Virus record (IMG/VR): IMGVR_UViG_3300049489_001303
Span: 32,001 to 96,000 of that record
Reading direction: 5' to 3' (one strand)
DNA: 64,000 nt
Origin: a virus
Numbering within the stretch: position 1 is the first letter of the stretch; each line of letters opens with the position of its first letter. The notes under the pieces were generated by a model. That model was not told the origin of the DNA. It did not search any database and saw nothing but the letters and a program-made list of their open reading frames with translations. This document shows positions 48,178 through 58,563 of the stretch, in pieces. The position numbers and the translations under genes were made by a program.

Positions 48178-49191
48178 ATGAAAGAGAATAAAAACACCCC
48201 TGTCTCTGCGCCCCCCAAACCCGAAGTGGCTCCGGTCACTTCCACAGAACTGGCGGTCACCAGTCATGCCTTGACCCCTCTCGCGAACAGCGCCCCGAAC
48301 CTGTTCATGGAGTGTTACAGTGAGAAACTCGAGATCGTAGGCTTCGAGTTGCCGAATCAGCGGGAGATCCGGAAGATCGCGGCGGAACTGCCGGCCGAAT
48401 ATAAGAAGCAGATAGAGCTTCTTCTCAGCCGCACGATGGGCGACGACGCCGGCGGCTACGGTGGTAGCTCCGGTGGTGCCAACTACGTGGAACTCCGGCT
48501 GTTTCACGGCACCGGCAATGATGCCAACCGCCCGGAGGACACGATCCCGGGTCAGTTCTACCTCTCTTCGATGGAAGGCGTGGGTAAGACGTTCGAGGGT
48601 ACGCCTCTGGTATGGTGGGAGGGCTGCACGATGTGGCCGAGCAAAGAGGACACCGTACGCGTACCTCTCTGTCACTCCATGGATCAGAGGGTCGGCTCAT
48701 CTTTCGGGATGTGCAATCAGTGCCCCAACATCCAGTGGCACAACAACCAACCTGGCCCATGCGGTAAAGACGTGGTGATGTTCATGCTCAGCAAGAACCT
48801 CACAGACATCGTGATGGTGCGCTTCGCCAAGACCTCGACGAAAGCCGGGGAGAAGCTCATCGCGATCGCCAAGCGCAATCCGCCGGCGTACTCCAAGTGG
48901 TACAATGTCACCTCCAAAGTCACTGTGCACAAAACGGATCCCAACAAACGTTGGTTCCTGTTTGACGCGGTGCCGCAGACTGGTGAACAGGCTATCGTTC
49001 CTGAAGCCCTGCATCCCCTCCTCAAAGCCCTCAAGCTGTCCATTGAAGCTGCCATCATCCTGCCGCAGATGGCGAACATCTACCGGCAAGCTGAGCAGGC
49101 ACTGGCCCCCGAAGGGGAAAGCGCTGCGTTGCCCGCTTCGGCGGAAGGTGAGCAATCCCTCGGTCAGTGGGGCGGATCCGAAAACGTCTAA
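48178..49191 (+). CDS. Putative ssDNA-binding/annealing protein
   Basis: C.S.D...C..CP...W...C zinc motif, acidic tail, replication context, own terminator; the function is inferred. Confidence 0.4.
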   Translation: MKENKNTPVSAPPKPEVAPVTSTELAVTSHALTPLANSAPNLFMECYSEKLEIVGFELPNQREIRKIAAELPAEYKKQIELLLSRTMGDDAGGYGGSSGGANYVELRLFHGTGNDANRPEDTIPGQFYLSSMEGVGKTFEGTPLVWWEGCTMWPSKEDTVRVPLCHSMDQRVGSSFGMCNQCPNIQWHNNQPGPCGKDVVMFMLSKNLTDIVMVRFAKTSTKAGEKLIAIAKRNPPAYSKWYNVTSKVTVHKTDPNKRWFLFDAVPQTGEQAIVPEALHPLLKALKLSIEAAIILPQMANIYRQAEQALAPEGESAALPASAEGEQSLGQWGGSENV

Positions 49192-49206
49192 GACCCAATA
49201 AGTCTG

Positions 49207-49242
49207 GCAGGGGGCGGCACTGACGCCGCTCCCTGCTTTTTT
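49207..49242 (+). terminator. Intrinsic terminator
   Basis: GCAGGGGGCGGC-ACTGAC-GCCGCTCCCTGC-TTTTTT. Confidence 0.8.
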
Positions 49243-49261
49243 ATCTGAGGAGGTTTCTTCC

Positions 49262-50071
49262 ATGGCTATTATCCCGTCGCAATTCGTAAGGGACCACGCT
49301 CCCTGGTCTATAAGTAAGGCTGAGGTAGCTCGGCAATGCCCCAAAAAGTTCTTCCTGCAGTACGTTGACAAGGTAAAGACAGGGCAGGGCTCTAACTCCG
49401 CCGCACGTATCGGCAAGGCGGTGCATACTGCCATGGAATACATATTGAAAGGGAACCCAGTGGCCCAGGCCTTCAGGCTGGCTGCCAGTGTGCACGAGTT
49501 ACTGAGTGATGAAATCAACACCATTAACGACTACATCCCGGCGGCTAAGAAGTTCATGGCTCACTACAAGAACTACTGCGTGCAGCATAGAGCACAGCCC
49601 CCGGAAGTGGAGCTTAAGCTGGCTGTCGATATCAACGGTAAACCCGTTAGGTTTTTCGACAACGCCAACTGTTTCCTCCGCGGAGTTATAGACTTGGCCG
49701 TTCAGTTCAAAGGACGGTCTGACGTTCTGATCATAGACCACAAAACTGGTGCTGAAAAAGAGTTCGACCACTTCAAACATCAGTTCGCGGCCTACCAGCT
49801 TCTTATCAAGGCCAGATACCCGGCCCTGCAGGCCGCATACGTAGGTCTCAACTACCTCGGAACGGACAAGGTAGTACTTTTACCTACACCATTTTCTTTA
49901 AAAGAGATCGATCCGCTGATGGATAGCGTAGTACAATTTCTGAACGACGCTACAGCGGACGCTGACAACTTCGAAATGACTCGGTGCGGCCCCCTTTGCA
50001 ATTGGTGTGAATATAAAGCGTCAGGGGATTGCCCGATTTACCAGGTGACTAATGGCAAAACAGAAGAATGA
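49262..50071 (+). CDS. PD-(D/E)XK exonuclease (Cas4/AddB-like)
   Basis: S.S....CP, G..VH, E, G.ID, IIDHKTG, Q...Y, C.WC.....C. Confidence 0.85.
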   Translation: MAIIPSQFVRDHAPWSISKAEVARQCPKKFFLQYVDKVKTGQGSNSAARIGKAVHTAMEYILKGNPVAQAFRLAASVHELLSDEINTINDYIPAAKKFMAHYKNYCVQHRAQPPEVELKLAVDINGKPVRFFDNANCFLRGVIDLAVQFKGRSDVLIIDHKTGAEKEFDHFKHQFAAYQLLIKARYPALQAAYVGLNYLGTDKVVLLPTPFSLKEIDPLMDSVVQFLNDATADADNFEMTRCGPLCNWCEYKASGDCPIYQVTNGKTEE

Positions 50072-53000
50072 TTTTTCGCTGACTCGCTCCGCCCTGAAGT
50101 CTCTTTGGTCGTTTATAGGAATAGCACAATGGGAACAGCTTCTTAAAGAACATAAGCGCCCTCACGGTTTTCAACGGGTAAGCAACACTAAGTTGCGAGG
50201 GCTCTGCCTTAACCCGGATCACCATGATACCTCCCCGTCGTACTTTATCGACGTGGAAAAGGGGTACGCCAAGTGCTATGGCTCATCCTGTGAAGCCTAT
50301 GAAAGCGACCCGGTAAGACTCCTGTCCAGCATAATGGGCAAGACGATACCAGAGACTCTCCGTTTCATCGTAAACACTTACAAGCCCCCGTTTATTTCTT
50401 CTAAAGCTGCCGAGAAATTCGAGAAGTTCCAGCGTCATCAGGAGATGAAATCCCAGATCTTCCTTGCCTCCCAGCAACTCATGCTGCAGGCGCTGGCAGA
50501 TATGGAACACCCGGACAACGCCTGGGCCCGGCCGTCGCTGGAATGGCTGATCAACACTCGAAAATTACCTGCAGACTACCTTTATGCGCTCCCTGTAGCC
50601 CTTCTCCCGGACATCCATGCTCTGCAGAGCGTCCTTATACAGGTCTATGCCCTGAAGAAAGAAGAATGGCTGAGTATCCCCACTATCCACCGGGGGCCTG
50701 AGCCGTTTGACCACAGCGGCAACGCTGTGAAGTATCTGGCCGATGCCATTAAGAAGGGTCTCACCGGGGCTGTCATGTTCCCCTTGCACTCTTCCCCCCA
50801 GGACATCTGCCGCTTCAAGCTCAGATCTCCGGACGTTAACATCGGTGACCCCAAGCTGATTTATATTGTTGACGACCTGCAAGATGAGCAGCTGGGCCTC
50901 TACGGCCTTGGGTGGGGACCTTATGCGGCTATGCTCAGAAAGCATGAAAGCACCCGGGAAGTAGCTATCACTGAGGGGGAGTTTGATGCCCTCAGCATCA
51001 TGGCTCATTGTGTCACCCATAAAATAGAGCCCCCCATACCGGTACTGTCTGTAGGTGGTACTGGCGGAGCCAAAGAGATCGAGGCTGTTCTCGACAGTGT
51101 AGATGCCTCCAAGATCTACATGATCGGTGACGCCCCGGATAAGTCAGGTAATGAGGTGATTCAGACCTGGCTTAAGTCCTGCACGAAGATCCCCATCCAG
51201 GTATTCACTGGCTGGGAAGATCTGTCTCCAGCTAAGGACCTGGACGAAGCCGTCAACATGCAATCGGTGGGTATCGAGAAGGTTCTGGACACTATCTTCA
51301 ACCGTAGAGAAGACACCTACACTTCGGTGTGGCGTTGGCTCTACGACTTGACCTGCCCCCAACTGGACCTACTCAAAGAGGACGATGTACGCGGTAAAAT
51401 AGACGTCGTCTCCGGCTTCAGTGGTGTCATCAACAACGCCATCGAACGCCGGCAGTACACTGACGCCATTGCCGAGCATTATGACCTGAATCCCAGCCTT
51501 GTCTACCGGGAAGCCACCACCAAGAACGACACTCCTATGGGGTTTGTTGTGCGGATAGCTGAGGCTATTCTGGACATCATGACCGTTGTAGGCACCCAGG
51601 TCGTGGGTGGTGGCCGTGAGCTTGTGCTATTCAACCGTGGCAGAGAAACCTTTCACACCGTAACACTGGACAGTGAACGCTCCATTATTCAGGAGTTGGC
51701 TCCGGTAACCGGTGTCCTCCACAAGTTCATCGAAGAGCATGTGGGCTGGCCTCCCTTCCTGGAGCCGCTGGACGACGCGGACCCCCTCACTTACAAGAAG
51801 AACAGCGAAGCAATTCGTTCTTACACCAAGGACGCAATTTTGTATTTAGCGAGAGGTACAATGGACATAAATGCAGGCCGGAAATACCGGCAAGGTTACT
51901 ATCGAATAGAACGCCATGATGGCGAAGTTGTCGAGGTTGTTGTCTGCGGAACTTCCGTGTTCCACCTGATCCGGGATGGGGTAGATGTTCAGTACGAACT
52001 CCTTCCCGGGCCGGTGTATAAGGACATCATCTTTGACGTGGGCTTCACCAACAGCGCAGATACCCGTCCGTGGTTTCCGGGCGGACTGAACGTTCCCATG
52101 CTGAACAAAGCCTCCAAGATGGACCTCAAGAGGCTCTATCTGGATCTCGTCAAGGTCTACACTGAAGGTTGGTCCTTCAAAGACCACGACATCACTTGCC
52201 AGATGCTGGCGGCCTCGGTGATGTGCTTTCCCATCATGGATGCCTTCTTCCGTCCTATCGTACTGTTCCTGACGGGCGACTCCAACTCTGGTAAAACCAG
52301 CTTCGTGTCCTCTATCTCCCCTATCGGATACGCGGGCCTGAGGCTCCTGTGGTGCTCTCAGGGTAACGACGGCTACACTGCCGCCGCCACCGCCCGTAAC
52401 ATGGACGGGGACAGCCGTCTGATGGTCCTGGATGAGTTTGAGCGCAATGATGACTCCAAGGGTGCTCACATTCAGGCCATTCTCAGTATGACACGCGGTC
52501 TCGTCTCCGGACACGCCACCCGCGTGTTGAGCAACATGGGTGGCACCAGCAGTACCGGTGCCGGAAGCACCACAACAGACCAGTACTTCCGTCTGCCAGT
52601 GGTGTTCGCCGGTATTCAGGGCGCCGAGCAGCTTCAGGATCTCAATCGACTGCTCATCGTCACCACCCAGAGAAAACTGTTCCACACCAACCCCCAGCAA
52701 TCCGTTTACGCCGCGTTCACCATCGAGCGCCTCGACGAAATGCAGGTGGAACTCAACGCTGGTATTTATGCCTACGCAGATGATCTCCGCACCATTTCTG
52801 AAGATCTGCGCAAGAACTATCACAAAATGTGCATCCGCCTCAACGTTCAGGCCGAAGAGCGTTGGGCCACAGGCCTCATGCCGGCGCTGGCGGTCATGAA
52901 GCTCATCGGTCTTGATTATGAAGCCTTCTTTCAGGCCTACGTAGAAGCCCATAAGTACACGATCAAGCGCGTTGAAACCACTACCGAGTCCCACGCAGCA

Positions 53001-53564
53001 CTCACCTCGATCATGCACAATGCATGCATCAAGCAGGTGGACGGCCCAAATATATCTCTGGCGCAGCTCCTGGTTATCCCGGAACGCCGCTCAGAGGTTA
53101 ACTCGGCAAACAAGGGCGTCTTCTACGACCCTGAGACGCAACAGATCCTGTTCCTCGCTTCTACCGTTTACAACTTACTGCCCCCACATATGCGCCGTTC
53201 CCTGGCAACAGCACAGCACGTGCGCACAGTCCTGGAACGCCATGACTCCGCTATCAAACCGACCTCCATCGAGGAGTCCGGAATTCTTAAAAGGATTGTG
53301 AGCAAAATGGGTGCCAATATCACTCTTAATGACGTTATTGTGCTGGATGCCATGAGCTGGCTCCAGGCTGCCAAAGAAAACCGCATAACCGCGGAAGACG
53401 GAGTGAAGAATGTCGGACAAGCCAAGCTGGATGGACCTGCTTCCAAATCCCCAACCCTTACAGCAGTCGCTGAATCTGACGCTGGTTCCAGAACTGCCGA
53501 TGGCCTTATTGATGGAGCCACTCTCGGAGATGCCTGGGGCGGAGACGACGACTCCGACGCCTGA
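50052..53564 (+). CDS. DnaG-like primase (Zn finger + TOPRIM) fused to a P-loop NTPase/helicase
   Basis: C...H.D..PS...C...C, ITEGEFDALS, GDAPD, KDLDE; Walker A GDSNSGKT, Walker B VLDE. Confidence 0.8.
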   Translation: MAKQKNDFSLTRSALKSLWSFIGIAQWEQLLKEHKRPHGFQRVSNTKLRGLCLNPDHHDTSPSYFIDVEKGYAKCYGSSCEAYESDPVRLLSSIMGKTIPETLRFIVNTYKPPFISSKAAEKFEKFQRHQEMKSQIFLASQQLMLQALADMEHPDNAWARPSLEWLINTRKLPADYLYALPVALLPDIHALQSVLIQVYALKKEEWLSIPTIHRGPEPFDHSGNAVKYLADAIKKGLTGAVMFPLHSSPQDICRFKLRSPDVNIGDPKLIYIVDDLQDEQLGLYGLGWGPYAAMLRKHESTREVAITEGEFDALSIMAHCVTHKIEPPIPVLSVGGTGGAKEIEAVLDSVDASKIYMIGDAPDKSGNEVIQTWLKSCTKIPIQVFTGWEDLSPAKDLDEAVNMQSVGIEKVLDTIFNRREDTYTSVWRWLYDLTCPQLDLLKEDDVRGKIDVVSGFSGVINNAIERRQYTDAIAEHYDLNPSLVYREATTKNDTPMGFVVRIAEAILDIMTVVGTQVVGGGRELVLFNRGRETFHTVTLDSERSIIQELAPVTGVLHKFIEEHVGWPPFLEPLDDADPLTYKKNSEAIRSYTKDAILYLARGTMDINAGRKYRQGYYRIERHDGEVVEVVVCGTSVFHLIRDGVDVQYELLPGPVYKDIIFDVGFTNSADTRPWFPGGLNVPMLNKASKMDLKRLYLDLVKVYTEGWSFKDHDITCQMLAASVMCFPIMDAFFRPIVLFLTGDSNSGKTSFVSSISPIGYAGLRLLWCSQGNDGYTAAATARNMDGDSRLMVLDEFERNDDSKGAHIQAILSMTRGLVSGHATRVLSNMGGTSSTGAGSTTTDQYFRLPVVFAGIQGAEQLQDLNRLLIVTTQRKLFHTNPQQSVYAAFTIERLDEMQVELNAGIYAYADDLRTISEDLRKNYHKMCIRLNVQAEERWATGLMPALAVMKLIGLDYEAFFQAYVEAHKYTIKRVETTTESHAALTSIMHNACIKQVDGPNISLAQLLVIPERRSEVNSANKGVFYDPETQQILFLASTVYNLLPPHMRRSLATAQHVRTVLERHDSAIKPTSIEESGILKRIVSKMGANITLNDVIVLDAMSWLQAAKENRITAEDGVKNVGQAKLDGPASKSPTLTAVAESDAGSRTADGLIDGATLGDAWGGDDDSDA

Positions 53565-56500
53565 GGACGGGGTTAAACCCAAGGCGAAGAGGGGACGAAA
53601 ACCCAATCCCAATGGCCCCAAGCCTAGAAAAAGGGCTCCGGCTAAAGAGGGCACAGACAAGATTCCGAAGGAGATCATAGAGTGCTCCCTGTGTCCTTCG
53701 GATTCCTGCTCCCATGAGGAGTGTGCTGCGTGTCCCGGTAAGGGGCACTACCACTACGCTCCACTGCCCAAGGACCGAGATGTGGATGTCTACTACGTGG
53801 GTATCTCCCCCATGTCCATGCGCGGGCCGTCACCGGATCCCAAGAGCCACTGCTACTGGGGTTCCTCCGAGGAGTCCTTGACGATGAGCGTTGTCTCAAG
53901 GGCTAAGAGCAAGGTGATCGGGGCTGAGACCCTGCAGGGCAGTAAAACCTATGCCGTACGCTGTGACAAAGAACGTCCCGGCGTACGGTTACTGGACTGC
54001 TGTCAGCATGTTCTCCGCAGAGAGATACTGGAAACGGCCAAGCCGGAAGGTCCGATATTTGTTATGGCCTTCGGTCTGGAGGTCGTTACGGCGTTGGGGT
54101 TCAAGGTCCGGAAGTTCAAAGAGGTTCAGGGCAAATTTATGGAGGGGATGCTGGGAGGGCGTAAGATCTACGTCTTCGCAGTTCTCTCTATCAAACAGTT
54201 GCTCAGTAAGTCCGGATACATCGATCTGCTGGAGAAGCAGGCCGAGAACTTCTTCCGTGCTGTTGTGAAGCAACACCGGAAGGGTTCTTCCCCGGTGGAG
54301 CACATGGCCCTGCCCATCGCCCAGCTGGCCGTAAACTACCGATTCCCGAAAACCTTGAAAGAGGTCGAGGAGCTGGTAACGGATATCATCGAATACGCCG
54401 GGCCGGGGATGTCCAAAGAGAACACCCCGATCGGTATCGACACAGAAACCAATACACTTAACCCCCACAAGGCGAAGCTTAAAATTCTCACCCTTGTTGT
54501 CTCCTGGGGACCGGGGCTGGCCGCCTCAATACCGCTGGAGCACTCAGAGTGCCTCTGGGCACTTAACGATGTGTTCCGGTACATTGACGCTCTTCTGACC
54601 TGCCCGAAGCCCAAGGTTGTTCACCACGGAAAGTTCGACTTGCGCGTTGTCATGGCCAAGGGTTTCACCGTCACTAACCTCGCATGGGATACACTCATCG
54701 GTGAGCACCTCCTGTGCGAGGACAAGACTGGCTACTATGGCCTGAAGGCCCTCACCACCACATACTTACCGAAGTATGCCGGCTACGAGGACGAGATGAA
54801 GGCCATCGACAATGCCCATCACACAGTAGGGCAGGACGAAGATAACGGCTTTGCGCATATTCCCCTCAAGGAACTTAACATGTACGGCGCCTGTGACGCG
54901 GATGTTACGCTGCAGCTGGCGATAACACAGCGGCGCAGGATGGCCAGAGAGTGCCAGGAGCTTGAGGATTTGTGCGGTAAGTGGCGTAATCATGGGGTGC
55001 CCAAGATCCGTAACAAGTGGGCCAAGGGTTCTCCCTACAGGAATCCGGGAGAAAACCTTATGCTCTCCCTGGCGCTGCCCCTCACTTATACACTGGCTCG
55101 TATGGAGTCTCATGGCTTCCCCGTCGATCGGGAATACGCCATAAAGCTGGCTGTGGAGCTGGACATCGGTATTGCCGAAGCCAGCAACAAAATATCAGCC
55201 ATGGTGCCGTCGGACCTGTTCGCCGACGGTTTCAACATGAACAGCGGCGCCCAGCTTAAACAGCTGCTGTTCAACACCGGCTATATCCACCCCGTCTCTA
55301 ACACGGTGGTTCACTATAGAGATCTTCCCCCCGAAAGGATCGAGCGCACCGACAACGGAGACATATCCGTCAAAGCCTCTTTCCTCAGGTATCTGAGGGA
55401 CTCCCTGGGATGTGTGCTGTCCGCCGCGTTGCTGGACTACCGGTCCTTGCACAAAGCGCGAAACACGTTCATCAAGAACATCATCGCGCAGAGTGAAGAC
55501 GACGGCCGGATGCACACCACGTTCAACATCACAGGAACAGCTACGGGCCGGCTGTCATCCAGTCACGAAAATATGCAGAACATCCCCTACGTGATCAAAG
55601 TGGGGATGGGGGATGACCGCAAAGAGTACAACATCAAAAAGATGTTCGTACCCACGTCCCCGGATATGCTGATATGCAACGCTGACGCCAAAGCCGCTGA
55701 GGTCCGCATCTACGCGGCATACAGCAATGACCCCAACCTGGTTAAAGCCCTCAAGGACGGGCTGGATCCGCACAGCTTCTTCGCCTCGGTGGTCTACAAC
55801 AAGAAGACCGTTCTCGAGGGTGTGCCCGCGGCCATGCATGATGACGCCCTCAGGGCTATCGGCATTGATCTGGCACACGACTGGAGCTATGACGACTTCC
55901 AGAACAGGAAGGACTTCAAGAAGAGCGACCCAGCCTACTACGCGCAGCTGGACTTCCTCCGCGGCGTTATCAAGAAGGTTGTATTCGGTATCCTCTATGG
56001 TGCCAGCAAGAACAAGGTGTCATCCCTTGTGGGCATCTCCGATGAGCAGGCACAGGCAATCATCGAGGTGCTGTTCCGTATGTTCCCGACGATCCCGGAC
56101 TACATTGACAACGTTAAGTCCCAGGTTCGTGACATCGGTACACTGGAAACGCTCACCGGTCGGCGCCGACGGTTTACACTGAAAGGCGCCTCCGGTAAAA
56201 TGAAAGCCCGAGCTGAGCGGCAAGGCGTTAACTTCAAGATCCAGTCCACGTCTTCCGACATTGTGATGGACACCATGTGTTCCATCGAGCAGCCTATCAG
56301 GGACCTTGGCGGTAACCTTCTTATCACCGTCCATGACTCCCTGGTGTTCCAGGTTCCCAAGAAAAACGTTCACTTAGTCCCCGCTCTTATCCAGAAGTAT
56401 TGTGTGGATCGAGTCGCTGAGAAATATCCCTGGCTCCCCGTCCCCTTCCTATGGGACGTCTCAGCCGGACCTTCCTATGGGGAGCAGTCCGGCATTGAGA

Positions 56501-56571
56501 CTCAGGAAGAGATTGAGGCCATGGACATGGAAGAACTCGAAACTCTAAATACTCTCGAATCCGAGGTATAA
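53410..56571 (+). CDS. polA: Family A DNA polymerase with 3'-5' exonuclease and N-terminal UDG-like domain
   Basis: Exonuclease IDTET, KFD, Y...D; polymerase TGRLSS, AD...E.R, K...FG.LYG, VHDS. The true start is probably near 53512-53530. Confidence 0.92.
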   Translation: MSDKPSWMDLLPNPQPLQQSLNLTLVPELPMALLMEPLSEMPGAETTTPTPEDGVKPKAKRGRKPNPNGPKPRKRAPAKEGTDKIPKEIIECSLCPSDSCSHEECAACPGKGHYHYAPLPKDRDVDVYYVGISPMSMRGPSPDPKSHCYWGSSEESLTMSVVSRAKSKVIGAETLQGSKTYAVRCDKERPGVRLLDCCQHVLRREILETAKPEGPIFVMAFGLEVVTALGFKVRKFKEVQGKFMEGMLGGRKIYVFAVLSIKQLLSKSGYIDLLEKQAENFFRAVVKQHRKGSSPVEHMALPIAQLAVNYRFPKTLKEVEELVTDIIEYAGPGMSKENTPIGIDTETNTLNPHKAKLKILTLVVSWGPGLAASIPLEHSECLWALNDVFRYIDALLTCPKPKVVHHGKFDLRVVMAKGFTVTNLAWDTLIGEHLLCEDKTGYYGLKALTTTYLPKYAGYEDEMKAIDNAHHTVGQDEDNGFAHIPLKELNMYGACDADVTLQLAITQRRRMARECQELEDLCGKWRNHGVPKIRNKWAKGSPYRNPGENLMLSLALPLTYTLARMESHGFPVDREYAIKLAVELDIGIAEASNKISAMVPSDLFADGFNMNSGAQLKQLLFNTGYIHPVSNTVVHYRDLPPERIERTDNGDISVKASFLRYLRDSLGCVLSAALLDYRSLHKARNTFIKNIIAQSEDDGRMHTTFNITGTATGRLSSSHENMQNIPYVIKVGMGDDRKEYNIKKMFVPTSPDMLICNADAKAAEVRIYAAYSNDPNLVKALKDGLDPHSFFASVVYNKKTVLEGVPAAMHDDALRAIGIDLAHDWSYDDFQNRKDFKKSDPAYYAQLDFLRGVIKKVVFGILYGASKNKVSSLVGISDEQAQAIIEVLFRMFPTIPDYIDNVKSQVRDIGTLETLTGRRRRFTLKGASGKMKARAERQGVNFKIQSTSSDIVMDTMCSIEQPIRDLGGNLLITVHDSLVFQVPKKNVHLVPALIQKYCVDRVAEKYPWLPVPFLWDVSAGPSYGEQSGIETQEEIEAMDMEELETLNTLESEV

Positions 56572-56679
56572 CAAAGTATGATCGGCCCACCAGTTTGTTG
56601 GGGATGTTGAAACGGCATCGCTGATGGTTTCCGGGTAAATGAGGATGATCCTCCTGGTGGACATTCCACCTGGAGGATA

Positions 56680-56868
56680 ATGAGCGATCATACATCAAAA
56701 AGTAACTGGCGGACTTCAGGGTCCAGGTGCAGAAACTGCATCACCGAAACCTTGCAAGGGCAGAGGACAAGCCTTAAACTTCCAGCCCGCGGCGCATTTC
56801 TCGAAGACTCGAGATGCGACGCCGGTGCGAAGTTTGAAGCCATTCAGCAGTTGCTTCCGGGGTGCTAA
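56680..56868 (+). CDS. Small hypothetical protein (62 aa)
   Basis: GGAGG SD inside a hairpin; the ORF ends in the terminator. Confidence 0.3.
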   Translation: MSDHTSKSNWRTSGSRCRNCITETLQGQRTSLKLPARGAFLEDSRCDAGAKFEAIQQLLPGC

Positions 56869-56886
56869 CCACACCCCGGTTTTTTT
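56857..56886 (+). terminator. Intrinsic terminator
   Basis: CCGGGGTG-CTAACCA-CACCCCGG-TTTTTTT. Confidence 0.8.
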
Positions 56887-56887
56887 G

Positions 56888-58528
56888 CTACTGGGTGAAC
56901 GTCAGATTGCCTGTGAGGATTTTGTGAGCAACCCACCCAAAGATCGCAGCGTGGAGACAGTCATCGGGTTTTGTGGGGTGTCTGTTCCAGATTTTACGCC
57001 CGGCCTTCGTGACCTCTTCAAAGACAGCCAGCATGTCATCTATGGCTTTCCCCATCAGAGAGAGGTCTGCAAACAGCATCTTCTCGCGCTTAAGCTCAAC
57101 GAAGAAGCTGTCTATCAGCGTGGTTCTGTCCGCCATATAGCGGTCGAGATCATTCCAGTTTATGGCCTTGGTCTGGGAACCATATTGAATCTGCAGGGTT
57201 CTGTGCGGGCCCAGCTTAGAGCGCAGCAGGCTGTTGGCTGTGTGCCCCTCACCCGCATCGCCCAGAACCATGGCCACGCCCCAGGCGTTGCACAGGTGGG
57301 CAATGTCATCGATAATATGGATAGGGTTCTTACCCTCGAAGATCTCATAGTACATTGTCATGAGCCGCTGGTCGCCGGGGCAGTATCCCCAGATCCACAG
57401 AGCTGTTCTGGAGATGCCCGTGGTGCCGCCGCCGCTCCAGTCCACTCCCGCCACATACTGACTGACCAGCTGCCGGTCCTTATCGTCAGGGCCCGTACGC
57501 TTCAGAGTCCTGCCAGTCATGCACAGGGCCTCGAGCTCTTCCTTGGAGATCATTCGAGCGCCCACGGAGTCGGACATGCCCAGAACCTCGTTCTTGAACA
57601 TGGTGGGCGACTGCTCACGGTGCTTGGTGACAATACGATTCCAGCGGCGTTCCGCGGCGTCTACAATATCCTGACTGCGGTAGATGGTCATGGCCGCCGG
57701 CACGTTGCGGGGCATGATCAGCTGGCTGAGGTGGAACCCCTGAATCTTATCCGCGGCGGTCTCCCCCAGGTGCGGTTTCAAGGGGTTCATATCCACCCAG
57801 TGGCCTTCCCGGGGATTCAGGTACTTACCGCATTTCAGACAAATGGGACCCTTGATGCCCATGGCTCGATCACTGTCAATGAACTGGTGCGTACCACACC
57901 CCTCACACTTCATCACCCACTCGGTCTGTGTGGAAAGGTCCCACAAGTACTGAATGGTGTTCTCTGTGGTCTTCGGCGTGCCGGCATAGGTCTCAAAACC
58001 ATAGTCAGAGTTCGACAGAGTTTCGTTGCCCACAGTGATGATCGGGTCGTACAGGAGGTCCTGAATCTCATCGTACATGTTTCTGTGGGTGGAGGGTCCG
58101 CGGAGGCGATCGGCGTTGTCGGTACCGTAAGCGAATAACATTTCGGAACCATTGGTGAATTGCTTGTGTAACACGCGATCGGTAAGCTCTGAGGTAAGGA
58201 AGATTTTATTCAGTATAGGTGAATAACGCATCGTCTTACTAACGCGTGTTGACGAGAACCGAACCGTTTGTTCTTTCGTGGGAGATACGAACATCGTCGA
58301 AAAATGTGGTATCAGAGCACACTCAGTAATGGAGAAGTTTGCCAGCGTGGTACTCTTTGCAACCTGTCGGCTTGTCTTGAAAAGTGTCCGGCGGTATCTT
58401 CCATCATAGAAAGCCCGGTGGGTGGGCCAATCGTCCAACCGAAAAGGCTTACCATCCAACAGGACCCAAGCTTCGGCAATAACACTGAGTGGGGCATTCA
58501 TATGCTGCATAACGTTTACATGTAACAC
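56888..58528 (-). CDS. terL: Terminase large subunit
   Basis: SRQVAKST (Walker A), RLRG....YDEIQD, GTPK, zinc finger, GVDW and DD..HA nuclease motifs. Confidence 0.9.
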   Translation of the reverse strand: MLHVNVMQHMNAPLSVIAEAWVLLDGKPFRLDDWPTHRAFYDGRYRRTLFKTSRQVAKSTTLANFSITECALIPHFSTMFVSPTKEQTVRFSSTRVSKTMRYSPILNKIFLTSELTDRVLHKQFTNGSEMLFAYGTDNADRLRGPSTHRNMYDEIQDLLYDPIITVGNETLSNSDYGFETYAGTPKTTENTIQYLWDLSTQTEWVMKCEGCGTHQFIDSDRAMGIKGPICLKCGKYLNPREGHWVDMNPLKPHLGETAADKIQGFHLSQLIMPRNVPAAMTIYRSQDIVDAAERRWNRIVTKHREQSPTMFKNEVLGMSDSVGARMISKEELEALCMTGRTLKRTGPDDKDRQLVSQYVAGVDWSGGGTTGISRTALWIWGYCPGDQRLMTMYYEIFEGKNPIHIIDDIAHLCNAWGVAMVLGDAGEGHTANSLLRSKLGPHRTLQIQYGSQTKAINWNDLDRYMADRTTLIDSFFVELKREKMLFADLSLMGKAIDDMLAVFEEVTKAGRKIWNRHPTKPDDCLHAAIFGWVAHKILTGNLTFTQ

Positions 58529-58563
58529 ATTGAAAACAAAAACACAATAGGAGGGCTTTATTA

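Noticed and set aside
43237-50071. Two Cas4-like nucleases as a CRISPR system
   Set aside because: No repeat-spacer array or other cas genes were seen. Solo PD-(D/E)XK nucleases are common in phage replication modules.
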